Notes: generated from the letters alone by a model not told the origin. DNA of 48,075 nt, filler included, from Jimgerdemannia flammicorona (GCA_003990765.1; 2 parts of 2 records of this genome joined end to end with filler, not necessarily neighbours in it); one strand, 5' to 3'; counted from the whole stretch's first letter, positions 24,892 to 37,168 are shown. Numbers and translations: made by a program.

Positions 24892-26392
24892 TGTAACAAT
24901 GACCCCAGAATGATGACATCAGCACAGGAGACAGCCTTTCTTTACAAGCCACCAGATCAGAGTACAAGAAGATCATACGGCATGTGAGATGAGCAACAAT
25001 GACCAACTGTGAGTCATCGTGACCACAGCACAAGCATCCTGAAGAATATAAAAGAAGGATCAAGGAACTGCAGTAGCAGCAACCAACAAGAACCCCAATC
25101 CCAAAATAGCTCAAAGACTTACCACAAATAAAATGCCTGCTGCCCGCCAAACCTCAAGGTCAAGGAATCATCAAGGTATCTCAGTCGAGGAAAGGATGTT
25201 TCAAGACATCAGAAGAGCCATGAGGACCCATTCAAGAAGGACTCCTAGCGCCAACCTGGGTACTGCAGACCCTTATCACTTTATCCTCTACCGCTGTGAA
25301 ATGGAAACAAGGATCACCATCACTACCGAATACCTCCAAATGTGGCAGGAGTACGAAATAGGAAACCTCCTCTGCCAGGAGTTCCCACAGGCCAGCCCTC
25401 AAGAGCTACAAGATGCCACTCCCATGGACTTACGTGAGGCAAGGACAGCAAAGAAGATCCATCAGATCTTCAGGCATGCACCATGGTCAATCCCCAACTT
25501 GAAGTATGTTAGAGTCTCAGACTTCAGAGACCTGTCATCCCATCAAATCAATGCACTAGAAGCCAGGGTGGCTACAGAAGCCCGGTCCACTATCACCCTC
25601 AACAGTGAAGAAGTTGAAGACTTCTGGCACCCTATCCTTCAGGACAACCCAGACTAGTTCCTGCAAGGGTTGATCTCAGTATTCCAAGGCCCAAGCATCT
25701 AGGTCAGACCTCCCCAGGACCCCACATTTGTCCCTTACTTTGTGGAAGAGAACCTCATAGACTGGAGAGCTCCAGATCTTGTCCCCGATTTCCCCGCCGA
25801 ACGTGATGATGTCATTGGCGATGACGTCATCCCGCGCGACATACCCGAAGCACGTGAACCGTGTGACGAAGTACGCGAAACGCGCGACCTGCATGAAGAG
25901 TTCGCAGATCTCATCTCCTTCAGTGATGATGATGATGATGATGATGAAGCTCCCATGATCCTGAACTTTCTGCTCTAAAAAGTTCTTTGTTACACTGGAT
26001 AATGCCAGCACTGGTATTCTGAGGTGATGCGAAATTGTTCCAGCTCCGGCATTTTGATGTGATACTAAATAATGCCAGCCTTGGAACTTAGTAGTTTTAG
26101 TTATTGGAATTTATATTTAGCTTTATATCTTAGCAACCGTTGAATTATATTTTGTATAAATACCCCTCTTATTTCCTTTGAAATAAAGTCAGTTCTATCC
26201 GGTTCACTTATACACTTCCTTACAAGCAATCTAAGAGATAACAAGACAGTTAAAGATAAGAAGTTTGAGGACTATAAGACCTTGGGAAGGCACTCCAATA
26301 AGAACTTGCTTATAACAACTTGAGTTAGTCTAAGAGATACACCTTGAAGAGAATCTGGTATATTTGAAGAACTCAGCGACCACTACGTGACA
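24892..26392 (+). repeat. 1.5 kb LTR of family G2
   Basis: TGTAAC..TGACA termini; TATAAATA at 26155-26162 and AATAAA at 26182-26187; matches 26676-28226 and 33922-35480. Confidence 0.92.
25133..25978 (+). pseudogene. LTR (U3)-encoded ORF of unknown function, ~280 aa, with two internal TAG stops in this copy
   Basis: ORFs 25133-25657 and 25742-25978 are in the same frame. The two TAG stops read CAA/CAG (Gln) in the copy at 27995-27150. Confidence 0.7.
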
Positions 26393-26675
26393 CTATATTC
26401 AAACTTATATTACTTAAAATACTTTTTGTAATTGATATAGTATATAATCTCAAAATCTATCAAATGAATGTTAAGACAGTATTTCTGAATAGTGATATAG
26501 ATACTGAACTATATATCCATTAACTATAAGGATACAAAAATAGTAAGCTCATATATAGATTATATAAGAGACTATATAATATTAAGTAAGTAGTATAATT
26601 ATAGAATAAAAGAATTAATAAACATCTTCTTAATAATTGATTCACATATTGTGAAGCAAACAATTGTATATATAT
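26393..26675 (+). pseudogene. Ty1/Copia RT fragment (5' part)
   Basis: IYQMNVKTVFLNSDI (decayed QMDVKTAFLNG)..RLYKRLYNIK..CEANNCIYI; continues in frame after 35484. Confidence 0.85.
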
Positions 26676-28226
26676 TGTCATGTAGTGGTTTCTGAGTCCT
26701 TCAAATATACCAGATTCTCTTCAAGGTATATCTCTTAGACTAACTCAAGTTTATTATAAGCAAGTTCTTATTGGGGTGCCTTTCCAAGGTCTTATAGTCC
26801 TCAAACTTCTTATCTTAAACTATCTTGTTATCTCTTAGATTGCTTGTAAGAGATTGTATGTAAGTGAACCAGAATTGACTTTATTTCAAAAAAAATAAGA
26901 GAGATATTTATACAAAATATAATTCAATGATTGCTAAGATATAAAGCTAAATATAAATTCCAATAACTAAAATAAAATACCAGAACATAGAGAACTGCCA
27001 AGTTTCAGTATCAGTACTGATAGTTGTACAAGTTCAGAATACTGGTATAATTTCAGTAATATAGGAAAATAGTACTGGAATAATTCTGAGTCACATCAGA
27101 ATGCTAGTAGTGGAATAGCTATTATATAGGAAAAGAGTGCTGGTATAATTCAGTATAACCAAAAGACTTTTTGGAGTAGAATATTCAGGACCATAGGGGC
27201 TTCATCCTCATCTGAGGTCAGAATGTCTTCAAAGAAGATAAGGTCTGTAAATTCATCATTATTACATAGGTCATGCATTTTGCATATGTTGTGTAAGATG
27301 ATATTATCACTGATGATGTTATCACATTCAGCAGTAGTGGGAACAAGGAGGTCTGGAGCTCTCCAGTCTATAAGGTTCTCTTCCACAAAATAGAGAACAA
27401 ATGTGGGGTCTTGGGAAGGTCTAACCTGGATGCTTGAGCCTTAGAATACTGAGATCAATCCTTGCAGAAATTGATCTGGGTTGTCCTGAAGGATGGGATA
27501 CTAGAAGTCTTCTACTTTATCATTATTAAGAGTGATAGTGGACTAAGCTTCTGTAGCCACCCTGGCTTCTAGTGTATTGATATAGTGGGCTGATAGGTCT
27601 CTGAAGTCTGAGACTCTAATATACTCCAAGTTGGGGATTGACCATAGTGCATGCCTGAAGATCTGATGAATCTTCTTAGCTGTTCTTGCTTCTTATATAT
27701 CTATGGAAGTAGCATCTTATAACTCTTGGGGGCTGATCTGTGGGAACTCCTGTCAGAGGAGGTTTCCTATTTCATACTCCTGCCATATTTGGAGACATTC
27801 AGTAGCAATAGTGATCCTTGTTTCCATTTTATAACAGTAGATGATATAATGATAAGAGTCATCAGTTCTCAGGTTAACACTAGGAGTCCTTCTTGAGTAG
27901 GTCCTCATGGCTCTTCTGATGTCTTAGAATATCATTTTTTTAACTGAGGTGTCTTAGTGGTTCCTTGATCTTGAGGTTTGACAAGCAGCAAGCATTTATT
28001 TATAGTAAGTCTTTGAGCTATTTTGGGATTAGTGGGTCTTGTTGGTTGCTGCTACTATGGTTTCTTGATTCTTCTTTTATCTTCTTCAAGATACCTATAC
28101 TATGATCACAGTTGGTCATCATTGCTCATCTTGTATACCATATGATCTTCTTGTACTCCGATCTGATAGCTAGTAAGGAAAGGCTGTCTCCTGTACTGAT
28201 GTTATCATTTTGGAGTCATCATTACA
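26676..28226 (-). repeat. 3' LTR of the G2 element (contains the U3 ORF copy 27995-27150)
   Basis: Direct repeat of 33922-35480 with TG..CA termini. Confidence 0.92.
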
Positions 28227-28539
28227 TCTTCCTCCTAAATAAGGATCTTCTTGAATGTCCATATTCATTGGTCTAGTTCTGAAAAATTTGCTGATCTCAT
28301 AACCTCTGGTAAGGGGTCAAAAAGTAGTATTTATGGGCTGGTGTCTTCTCTATATATTTTGGCATGATGGTGAAGAGTTACTCCCTTTATATAGAGCAAG
28401 GGCCTGATTCTGATCTTAATTAATCAGTTGATAGTTCAAACTTCTCTGGCTTCAAAAGTCTCATAGATGAGTAGTTACTGGTATTATATCCCTTAGAGAA
28501 TGGTCCAGATAGATAGCCTACTGGTCATGGGATATGCTG

Positions 28540-31500
28540 TTACAATTCATGGACTAGAACCTTGCAGGTAGTCATCACATTTTGCTTCTCATATATAGGT
28601 TCATGGTACTTCTTGAGTCTGTTCCTGTATACTGTAGTAGGCAGTATAGTTCCTGAGATTTTTCTAAGCCAGAAGATAGTTCCTTATATAGAAGGGTCCT
28701 TCCCATTTGGGCTCCAGTTTTTGTAACCATGAGACTTCTATTATATTTTAATATAGTAGGATCTTTTCTCCAATTTGGATGGGTTCTAGGGTCTTGTGAT
28801 TCTTTTTTGCATTCTTTCTTATCAGTACTTGTGACTTGATAATGTAATCTTCAGCCTTCTTCCTGATTTTATGTAGTCTCCAGACTTCTACATCAACCCA
28901 TCTCCAAGTTAGATCTAGATTTGTGGCTGAGGTTCCATCAGAATCTTTTCTCCAAAGAGCAGTTCTCTTGAGGTAAAGTGTGTACTCTGTGATCATATAT
29001 CTTATAAGACAGAGAGGACAGTTGGGAGGTAGTTATGTTATTCCAATTCTCATATGTATATGTCTGAGATCTTCACCAGAATATTCTTGAGAGTCTTGTT
29101 GGTTCTCTCTATCTGTCCATTTCCTTAAAAGTGGTATGCAGTGGTCTTGATGTACTGAATCTTATATTTCTGATACATTATCTTGTGGAATCCATTGATA
29201 AATTCTGTACTATGGTCTGTAGTGATTTGCTTTAGTATCTTGTAGCAGCAGATGATTTCTCAATGCAGGAAGTCAGCTATAGAGAGGGCATTGGCTTCTT
29301 GTAATGCTCCTGCTTCTATCCATTTGGTAAAGAGATCTATAATAACTATGATGTAGTAGTTTTCTAATAGTATTACTGGTAGTAGCCCAATGATATCTAT
29401 TGTGATGTGGTAGAAGAAGATAGGCTTAATTTTTGATAATCTGGGTACCTGGTCTTACTGATCTTATTTCTGTTTTTGGAACTTGTCACACCCTTTGACA
29501 AATTGGCACAGGTCTTCTTCTATCTTGAGCCACTATATAGTTCTTCTTGCCTTATCATATGTATGTATTGGTTCCTCCTAGGTGTTCTTATTTGTGTACT
29601 TCTTTCATTACTTGATACTTCTTATGTTTAGGTATTATGAGCTTTTCTCTTTTTCTAAGTATGGTATTGTCTAGTTCAAACTGTTTCTAAGTCCAGTTGA
29701 TGATAGTAATTGTCCAGGGTTCAAGGTAGTTGGATATCTTCTACTGCCCAAGGTAGCTAATTAATCTATAGTATAACTCCTTATTCATGTTAAATAGTCT
29801 TGATGGGAGTATTTTGGAGTGTTCTTGAGAGTGTATCAGCATTGGTGTTGGTTCTTCCTGAGCAGTGCTTGACAGTACAGTCATACTCTTACAGCCTGTA
29901 GATCTATCTGGCATATATTCCTTTTGGATTCAGAGTATAGAATAGTCAGACAAGAGCAGAATGGTCTGTTTGAATAGTGAAGTGTTTTCTGGCTAAATAG
30001 TAGTGGAATTTGTCTACTGCCCAAACTACTGCTAAGCATTTGAGCTTATATGACTCATAGTTTTGTTCTGCTCTGCAGATACCTTGGTTTGCATAGAAGA
30101 TGACATATTCATATCTATCTTTCTTCTGAGCTAGGACTGCTCCAAGCTCTATAGTACTTGTATCTGTCTACAGGATGAACTCTAGGTTCCAATCTGGTCT
30201 TCTGAGGATGGGTGCTTGGGTCAACCAGGTCTTGAGTTCATTGAAGGTTTCTTAGCATTCCTTGGTTTATTCGAATTTAGTATTCTTCTTGAGTAGCTTA
30301 TAGATAGGTATTGTAATGTTGGAGTATCCTTTGATAAATCTCCTATAATAGCTGGCCAGTCTAAGGAAGACATGGACTTCTGTGGTTGTTCTGGGTCTTG
30401 GGTAGGCTGCAATAGCCTCAATCTTCATAGGATCTGTATAGATTCCAGTCTGGTTGATGAGATGTCCTAGGTAGGTGATTTCCTGAGCCAAGAACTTGCA
30501 TTTCTTAGGCTTGATATAGAGGCCATGCTTCTTGAGCTTCTTGAGGGCTAGCTGTATATGGTTGACATGTTCCCATATAGTGTTGCTAAAGATGATCACA
30601 TCATCAATATAGACAAAGAGCCATTTTCCAATCTCATTGCTGAAGACTCTATTCATTATTCACTGAAAACTTGCTGGGGTATTGTACATTCCAAATGGAA
30701 TTTGCAGATAGATATAGGTGGCATCAGATATGATAAAGGCTGATTTCTCACTGACATCTTGAGTGAGACCAATCTGATGGAAGTCTGAGAACAGATCCAA
30801 GGTAGTATAGTATTTGGCTTCACTTCTAAGGGTGGTAAGGATTTCTTGAATATTTGGCAAGGGCTACCTATCCTTCTTGGTAATTGTATTGAGCTTCCTA
30901 TAGTCAATGCAGAGTCTTGGCACAAACTCTCTAGGCTTACTTCCTTTCTTTAGAGCAAGGATAATGGGTGAAACCCAGGGACTGATAGCTTGCTTGATAA
31001 TTCTAGCTTCTTCTATTTCCTTGAGTTCTGCTTACAGTCATTCTTTGTAGGCAGATAGTATAGGTCTGGCTTTCTGGTAGATGAGCTTGGTATTGCCAGT
31101 GTCAACTTCATGATAGTACTTGAGTTCTTGATTGTGGATATCCCTGAAGTCTGTAGTAAGTACTTCTTTGTTCTGGTATAGGATCTTAAGAAGTTGTTCT
31201 TCCAGGGGAAAGTTTTCTCCAATAGTATATATGTGCTTGTTCTGGTCCTTATCTTTCTTGTGCTCAAGTTCAGTAATCTTGGTGGTAGCATAGACTCCTC
31301 TTCCAGTAGATCCAAAGCCTTGTTCTTCTCTCTTGATCTTTATAAGTTTGATGGCTTCAGTGATCTTAGGCTTCTTGATTTCGTGGATCAGCATCTGGCC
31401 AATCCTGTCATACTTCTTGACTTCAAATAGGGTGGTGGGGTTGTGATTTCTAACTATGAGAAAGATCTTGCCAGTGTAATCAGGATCAATTACTCCTCCT

Positions 31501-32430
31501 TTAACTGAGATTTCACTTTTGGCCAGACTGCTCCTGGTCTTGATAATTCCAACATAGTTCTCTGGCAACTTGACTCCAAGTCTGGTGCCAAGTAGGGTGG
31601 TGGTCTATAGTTCAAGAGTTATATCTTAAATGCTGGCAAGGTCCATTTTTATGACTCCTTCAGTTTTGTATTCTGGGATCTTAGCTTTGGGGTGAAACTT
31701 CTTGACCTTGAGGGTGATGTCTGATTCTTATTCCTCCTCATCATCACTATTAGCTTGAAGCTCTGGAGGCTGGTTATCTTCTTCAGCTTTCTTTTTTGCT
31801 TCAGCAGCTTCTTGCTCATGCTTCTGTTGGCAGATTTTCCTGACTTCACTGATATAGGACCAGTAGTTATTCAGGTGTTCAGAGCAGTACATCCTAGTAC
31901 TATGGGGATATCTTTCTTGAGGGGCATAGCTATTGATGATCTTGTTATACCACTGCTCATCTGTGAGCTTGGGTGTCTTGTTCTTATTCTTGTTTACCAA
32001 GTATATGAAGACTTCTGTATCCACTTCATCTTCTTCCTCTATATCTGATAGGACTCCTTTGTGGATATTGATAGAGACTCATACCTTTCTTCCTCTATAG
32101 TTGATCTGCATCTTCTGGGCATTGAGGTCAATGGAGGCCTTGGTCTTGTGAAGCTATTGGTTGCTAATAAGGATATTATAGTTAGTGGCACTTGTAATAA
32201 TCACATCTACTGGAATGGTAGCTCCTCTTATCTTAATGGGGACTTCTCAGATTTTACCAAGAGGGGTAGCTTGTATACTATCTGCTATAATATAGACTAT
32301 CTTGGTGGACTCTTCAATGTCCCAGCCTAGATGGTCAATTGTCTTCTTACTCATAAGGCATTCTCCAGCATCAGTATCAATGATGGCATTAAAGATATAA
32401 TCTTTGATCTGACATAGGGTATAGGCTGAT
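28540..32430 (-). pseudogene. G2 pol: protease, Cys/His module, dUTPase, RT, RNase H, integrase
   Basis: PR AIIDTDAG (~32370); RT LCIDYRKLN, TLDLFSDFHQI, PFGMYNTPASFQ, VYIDDVIIFS; RH ENYESYKLKCLAVVWAV; INT IDIIGLLP, IDLFTKWIEA and TTDHSTEF. Confidence 0.92.
31302..31712 (-). pseudogene. dUTPase domain located between protease and RT
   Basis: Trimeric dUTPase motifs KTRSSLA, GGVIDPDYTG, DRIGQML and REEQGFGSTG. Confidence 0.92.
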
Positions 32431-33801
32431 GTCTTGCACTGGTCTTTGGATTCTTTGCCTAAGTTTTCAGATTCTTCCTGTATATTGTGAGCTTTTACAA
32501 TCTTGTACTCTTAATTCTTGATAGTAGTTGTAAGTCCTACTCTCAACTGCTGTCTGAAGGCAGAGACTTTGGCTAGCTGTCCAAAAGTAGCATTGATCTT
32601 CTGTTCCTTAAGATCCTTGTAGATATTATACTGGTGGATCTTAGTCTTATACAGCTTCTGTTTCTTCTTACTTTTACTTTCTCCTGAGACTGGAGTAGTG
32701 CCTTCAATAATTTGGTGGACAGCTTTATCTAACTCTATATCTTGATCAATCTCCTTGGGTTGGGTCTTGCTTTAGATAGTGACAGCTAAAGTCTTCTTTG
32801 GTCTTCTAACTAGCTTGCTATTGCTCTTCTTGTCATAGGGCTTGGACTGGGTTCTGATATCTATCAGAGTAGAATTTGAACTTCTCATAGTATTCTTCAT
32901 CATCAGTATCACCAATCTCTTCGATGACTACTACATTGGTTTGTTCTCTGGTTCTGCTAGCATTGCTTAGTTGGGCTTTGTGTCTTGTTTCAGTCATGCA
33001 ACTCTTTGTATAGTGACCTTCTTCTCTGCATCTGAAGCATGTGATATTATATTCTTCTATAGTAGCTGCAAATCTCTGTACTGGTCTCCTATTGGTGCTT
33101 TGGACTTCTTTAACAATATCACCAAGATGTATAGTTATCTCAGCGAACTGCTTGGTGAGTTCCTCTACTGGGTCAGCTTTGGCTACCTTGGGGGTAGGTG
33201 GGGATGGTTATCTGTTTACAACTGTAGCAGATATGATATTGGTTGGTTTTGATGGCTCTATCTTGATACCAGTTATTTTCTCCATTAAGTGTTCAGCAGA
33301 GTATCTGGTAGTCCAATATCTCTATGCAAAGACTACTTTCTAATCAAGAATCAGTGTAGCTGGGGTAGACTAGATTGCTAGGGCAATTTCAGGGTGAATT
33401 CCTTTGAGAAAGGTTTAATCCACTATTTGTTCCTTAAGGTAGTCATCATAGTCAGCTAAGACAATCTGGTGGCAGATTTGGATATAGAATGAGTTGGAAT
33501 CTTCGCTGAGTCCCTAGCAGATAGTATTGAGTTAATCCTTGAGAGCTTGCTTGATCTCTTCAGTATAGTATGTTGTTCTGAGAAAGGCCTTCATGTTGGC
33601 AAGTTTGGCTGCACCAGTATCAGTAATGGTAGCTATATTGAACTTGTCTCTGGCAGGTCCTCTGAGGCTGACAGATAGAAGAGCTAATTGTGCATCCACA
33701 CTAAGGGCTTATACAGCAGCAAATTGTTCAAAGTCTTTAATAAATGTCAGGATTGACTCTTTGGTAGTATATCTATAGAATGTGGGAAGATATATTTCCA
33801 T
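32430..33801 (-). pseudogene. G2 gag (boundaries approximate)
   Basis: CCHC knuckle CFRCREEGHYTKSC at ~32998-33040; retrotrans_gag-like helical region upstream. Confidence 0.8.
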
Positions 33802-33921
33802 CTTATCTTAAATTCTTGCAGGGGTGACTCTTGTAGTCAAGGTAGTTGTTGTGGTAGTTGTTCATTTTTCAGCTTGAAAGTGAGGGATTCATCTTGAATC
33901 ATCAGCCAATAGGTACCAAGT

Positions 33922-35480
33922 TGTCATATAGTAGTTGTTGAGTCCTTCAAATATGCCAGATTCTCTTCAAGATATATCTCTTAGACTAACTCAAGTTTGT
34001 TATAAGCAAGTTCTTATTGGAGTGCCTTCCCAAGGTCTTATAATCCTCAAACTTCTTATCTTAAACTATCTTATTATCTCTTAGATTACTTGTAAGAGAT
34101 TGTGTATAAGTAAACCAGAACTGACTTTATTTCAAAAGAAATAAGAGGAGTATTTATACAAAATATAATTCAATAGTTGCTAAGATATAAAGCCAAATAT
34201 AAATTCTAATAACTAAAATAAAATACTAGAACATGGAGAACTACTAAGTTCCAGTGTTGGTACTGATGGTTGCATAGGTTCAGGATACTGGTATAATTTC
34301 AGTGATATAGGAAAATAGTACTGGAATAATTCTGAGTTATATCAGAATACTAGTGGTGGAATAGCTATTATACAGGAAAAGAGTGCTGGTATAATTCAGT
34401 ATAACTAAAGGACTTTTTAGAGCAGAATATTTAGAACTATAGAGGCTTCATCCTTATCTGAGGTCAGGATATCTTTGAAGGAGATGAGGTCTATGAATTC
34501 ATTGTTATTGCATAGATCACATATTTCACATATATCACATGGGATGACATCATCACTAATGATGTCATCACATTTGGCAGTGGCAGGAATAAGGAGGTCT
34601 GGAGCTCTCCAGTCTATGAGGTTCTCTTCTATGAAATAGGGGACAAATGTAGGGTCTTGGAGAGGTCTAATCTGGATGCTTGGGCCTTGGAATACTGAGA
34701 TCAATCTTTATAGGAATTGATCTGGGTTGTCCTAGAGGATGGGATACCAGAAGTCTTCTACTTTATCACTATTGAGGGTGATAGTAGACTGGACTTCTGT
34801 TGCCACCCTGGCTTCTAGTATATTGATATGGTAGGCTGAGAGGTCTCTGAAGTCTGAGACTCTAACATACTCCAAGTTAGAGATCAACCATAGTATATAT
34901 CTGAAGATCTGATAAATCTTAGCTGTCCTTACTTCACATATATCTATAGGAGTGGCATCTTGTAACTCTTGGGGGCTGGGCTGTGGGAACTCCTAACAGA
35001 GGAGGTTTCTTATTTCATACTTCTGCCACATTTGGAGGTATTCAGTAGTAATAGTGATCTTTGTTTCCATTTTATAGCAATAGAGGATATAATGATAAGG
35101 GTTACTAGTTCCCAGGTTGGCACTAGGAGTTCTTCTTGAGCAGGTCCTCATGGCTCTTCTGATGTCTTGGAATATTCTTTCTTTGATTGAGGTACCTTAG
35201 TAGTTCCTTGATCTTAAGATTTGGTGAGCAGTAGATATTTTATTTATAGTAAGTCTTTGAGCTATTTTGAGATTGATGGGTCTTATTGGTTGCTGCTACT
35301 ACAGTTTCTTGATCCTTCTTTTATATTCCTCAAGATACCCATACTGTGGTCATAATGACTCACAGTTGGTCATCATTGCTCATCTTATATGTCATATGAT
35401 CTTCTTGTACTCTGATCTAGTAGCTTGCAAGAAAAGGCTGTCTTCTATGCTGATGTCATCATTCTGGAGTCACCATTACA
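33922..35480 (-). repeat. 5' LTR of the G2 element (contains the U3 ORF copy ~35238-34417)
   Basis: Direct repeat of 26676-28226; followed by a PBS-like sequence. Confidence 0.92.
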
Positions 35481-35484
35481 ATAT

Positions 35485-36750
35485 TTAGCATTATAAGAAT
35501 AGAAGTATAGTATTTATCAGAATTTGAGTTAATGATATAATTATTATTAGAAATAAGAATAAGCTTAATAGAGTTAAAGAAGCTCTATACTAAGAATTTA
35601 AGATAATAGATATAGGTGATGTATCCTTCTTTTTAGAGATATCTATTATATATAATAGAAATACATATATTATATATCTCTTATAAATAATATATACTCA
35701 AATAATTCTCAAATATTTCAATATAAGTAAATACAAGCCCATTGATACTTCTATAAATACTTCTGTAAAATTAAGAAAGCTGAATACTATACTTGAGAAT
35801 GATGACAATATATTTACCAAAAATAGCACCAAAGACAATAATAGTGGAAATATTCTCTATTGGTAAGTGGTTAGTATTTTTTTTTTTTATTTTTATTTTT
35901 TTTTTTTTAATAGACTTAAAGTTCTGCAGATTTTTATTAGAAGAGAACCTAGACTATATAGGCTAAAACTCTCTCCTACCATCCACTGAGCATTATATCT
36001 CTATTAAATCTAGGCTAGCTATTGTTCAGTAGCTTGACTATATCTAGTATAATAGGAGTGATTAGTTCTCTTATATATCTTATATTAGAAATGAGACCTG
36101 ATATATTATATATTATAAATAAGATAGCACAGTATTTCTTTTGCTATAATAATTTACATTGGAGCACTATTAAGAGGATCTTTAGATACTTAAAGAGATC
36201 AATATATTATATACTTATATTAGATAATAGTAATATTAGATTAAGTAGAAGTAATAGCAAGAGTAATGAGATCTGGCTATCTAGTATATATAATGTTAAT
36301 TGAGTGGGAGATCTCAATGACTGCTGATCTATAACTGGATATCTCTTCTATATTGATAGAAGTAATAACAAAAAAGTCATTTTATGATAAATATACAAGT
36401 AATCATCTATGACAATATCATCAATATAGACAGAGTATCAAGTATTATTAAATATGATAAAGGAAGCTATTTGGCTTTATGAGTTATTAAAGAACTTAGA
36501 TTCACTTAAAAATAGAGTACTATACTATATCAGGATAACTAATCTATGATTGTACTTATTAAGTATCTAGTATACATATTATAGTAAAATAAAATATATT
36601 AATATATAGTATTATTTTATATGAGAATATATAGAAAATGACATTATATACTTGGAATATATCTCCATAGAGTATATGGTCACTAATTCACTTATGAAAG
36701 CCCTTTTAAAGCTAAGGTTTAAGCAATATATTAAAGAAATGAGTCTTATG
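35485..36750 (+). pseudogene. Ty1/Copia RT (3' part) and RNase H, very AT-shifted
   Basis: I*VNDIII (decayed VDD motif), VISSLIYLILEMRPDI, HWSTIKRIFRYLK, NVN*VGDLNDC*SITGY (DADWAGD..STTGY) and KYINI*YYFI*E (KHIDIRYHFIRE). Confidence 0.87.
35876..36056 (-). mobile_element. ~180-bp poly(A)-tailed retroposed insert (SINE or truncated LINE) in the Copia RT
   Basis: T-rich tract at 35877-35908; TSD AGTGGTTAGT (35866-35875) / AGTGATTAGT (36057-36066). Removing it restores the Copia PY..VVGSL motif. Confidence 0.75.
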
Positions 36751-37046
36751 AGCAGTATGCTAATATTTGGTTAATTTTGAAATACTTCTCAGGCTATAAA
36801 AAGCCTCCCTTATTATATTATGCATTTAATATTTATATTGGTTACATTCCTTATTTACAAGTAGATTATATAAGTATTTCAGATATTTCAGATATTTCAG
36901 AATACTTTTTGACCTATGAAAATTCCTTAGATATAGGATTATATATAGTTCTTTAGATTATATATAGTTCTAGTTTTTGCATATATTGTATTGTTTTTTA
37001 CTCTAGTTTATATTCTTTTTGGATTATATATTTCATTGAGTAGAAG

Positions 37047-37168
37047 TATTAGAATGGCAACTCAATATATCAGTATGTGACTTATATCATTCTATTAGTT
37101 TTACATTATTCTTCAGTAATATATAAAATATATAAAATATAACTTTAATAAAATTATCTCTCTTTCAC
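37047..37168 (+). repeat. Possible short 3' LTR of the Copia element
   Basis: Purine run followed by TATTAGAAT (decayed TGTTGGAAT)..TATAAA..AATAAA..TTTCACA. No second copy in the window. Confidence 0.4.

Larger units (their letters stand above)
24089..26392 (+). mobile_element. 3' part of a less-decayed Ty3/Gypsy element (family G2): integrase C-terminus, PPT and 3' LTR
   Basis: Integrase tail IGEKVLLY..KLEPKWEGPF..VHRNRLKKY (to 24573); PPT AGAAGGAAGA at 24882-24891; homologous in inverted orientation to 26676-~29010. Confidence 0.92.
26676..35480 (-). mobile_element. Full-length 8.8 kb Ty3/Gypsy element (family G2): LTR-gag-PR-dUTPase-RT-RH-INT-LTR
   Basis: LTRs at 33922-35480 and 26676-28226; PBS-like TGGTACC after the 5' LTR (~33906-33918); PPT at 28227-28236; 4-bp TSD ATAT (26672-26675 / 35481-35484); inserted into a Copia RT. 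Confidence 0.95.

Noticed and set aside
24574..24990. Extra ORF between the G2 integrase and the U3 ORF
   Set aside because: Several frames are partly open, but none can be chosen confidently without a consensus.
25133..25978. U3 ORF as an env gene
   Set aside because: No signal peptide or transmembrane segment is evident, and it lies inside the LTR.
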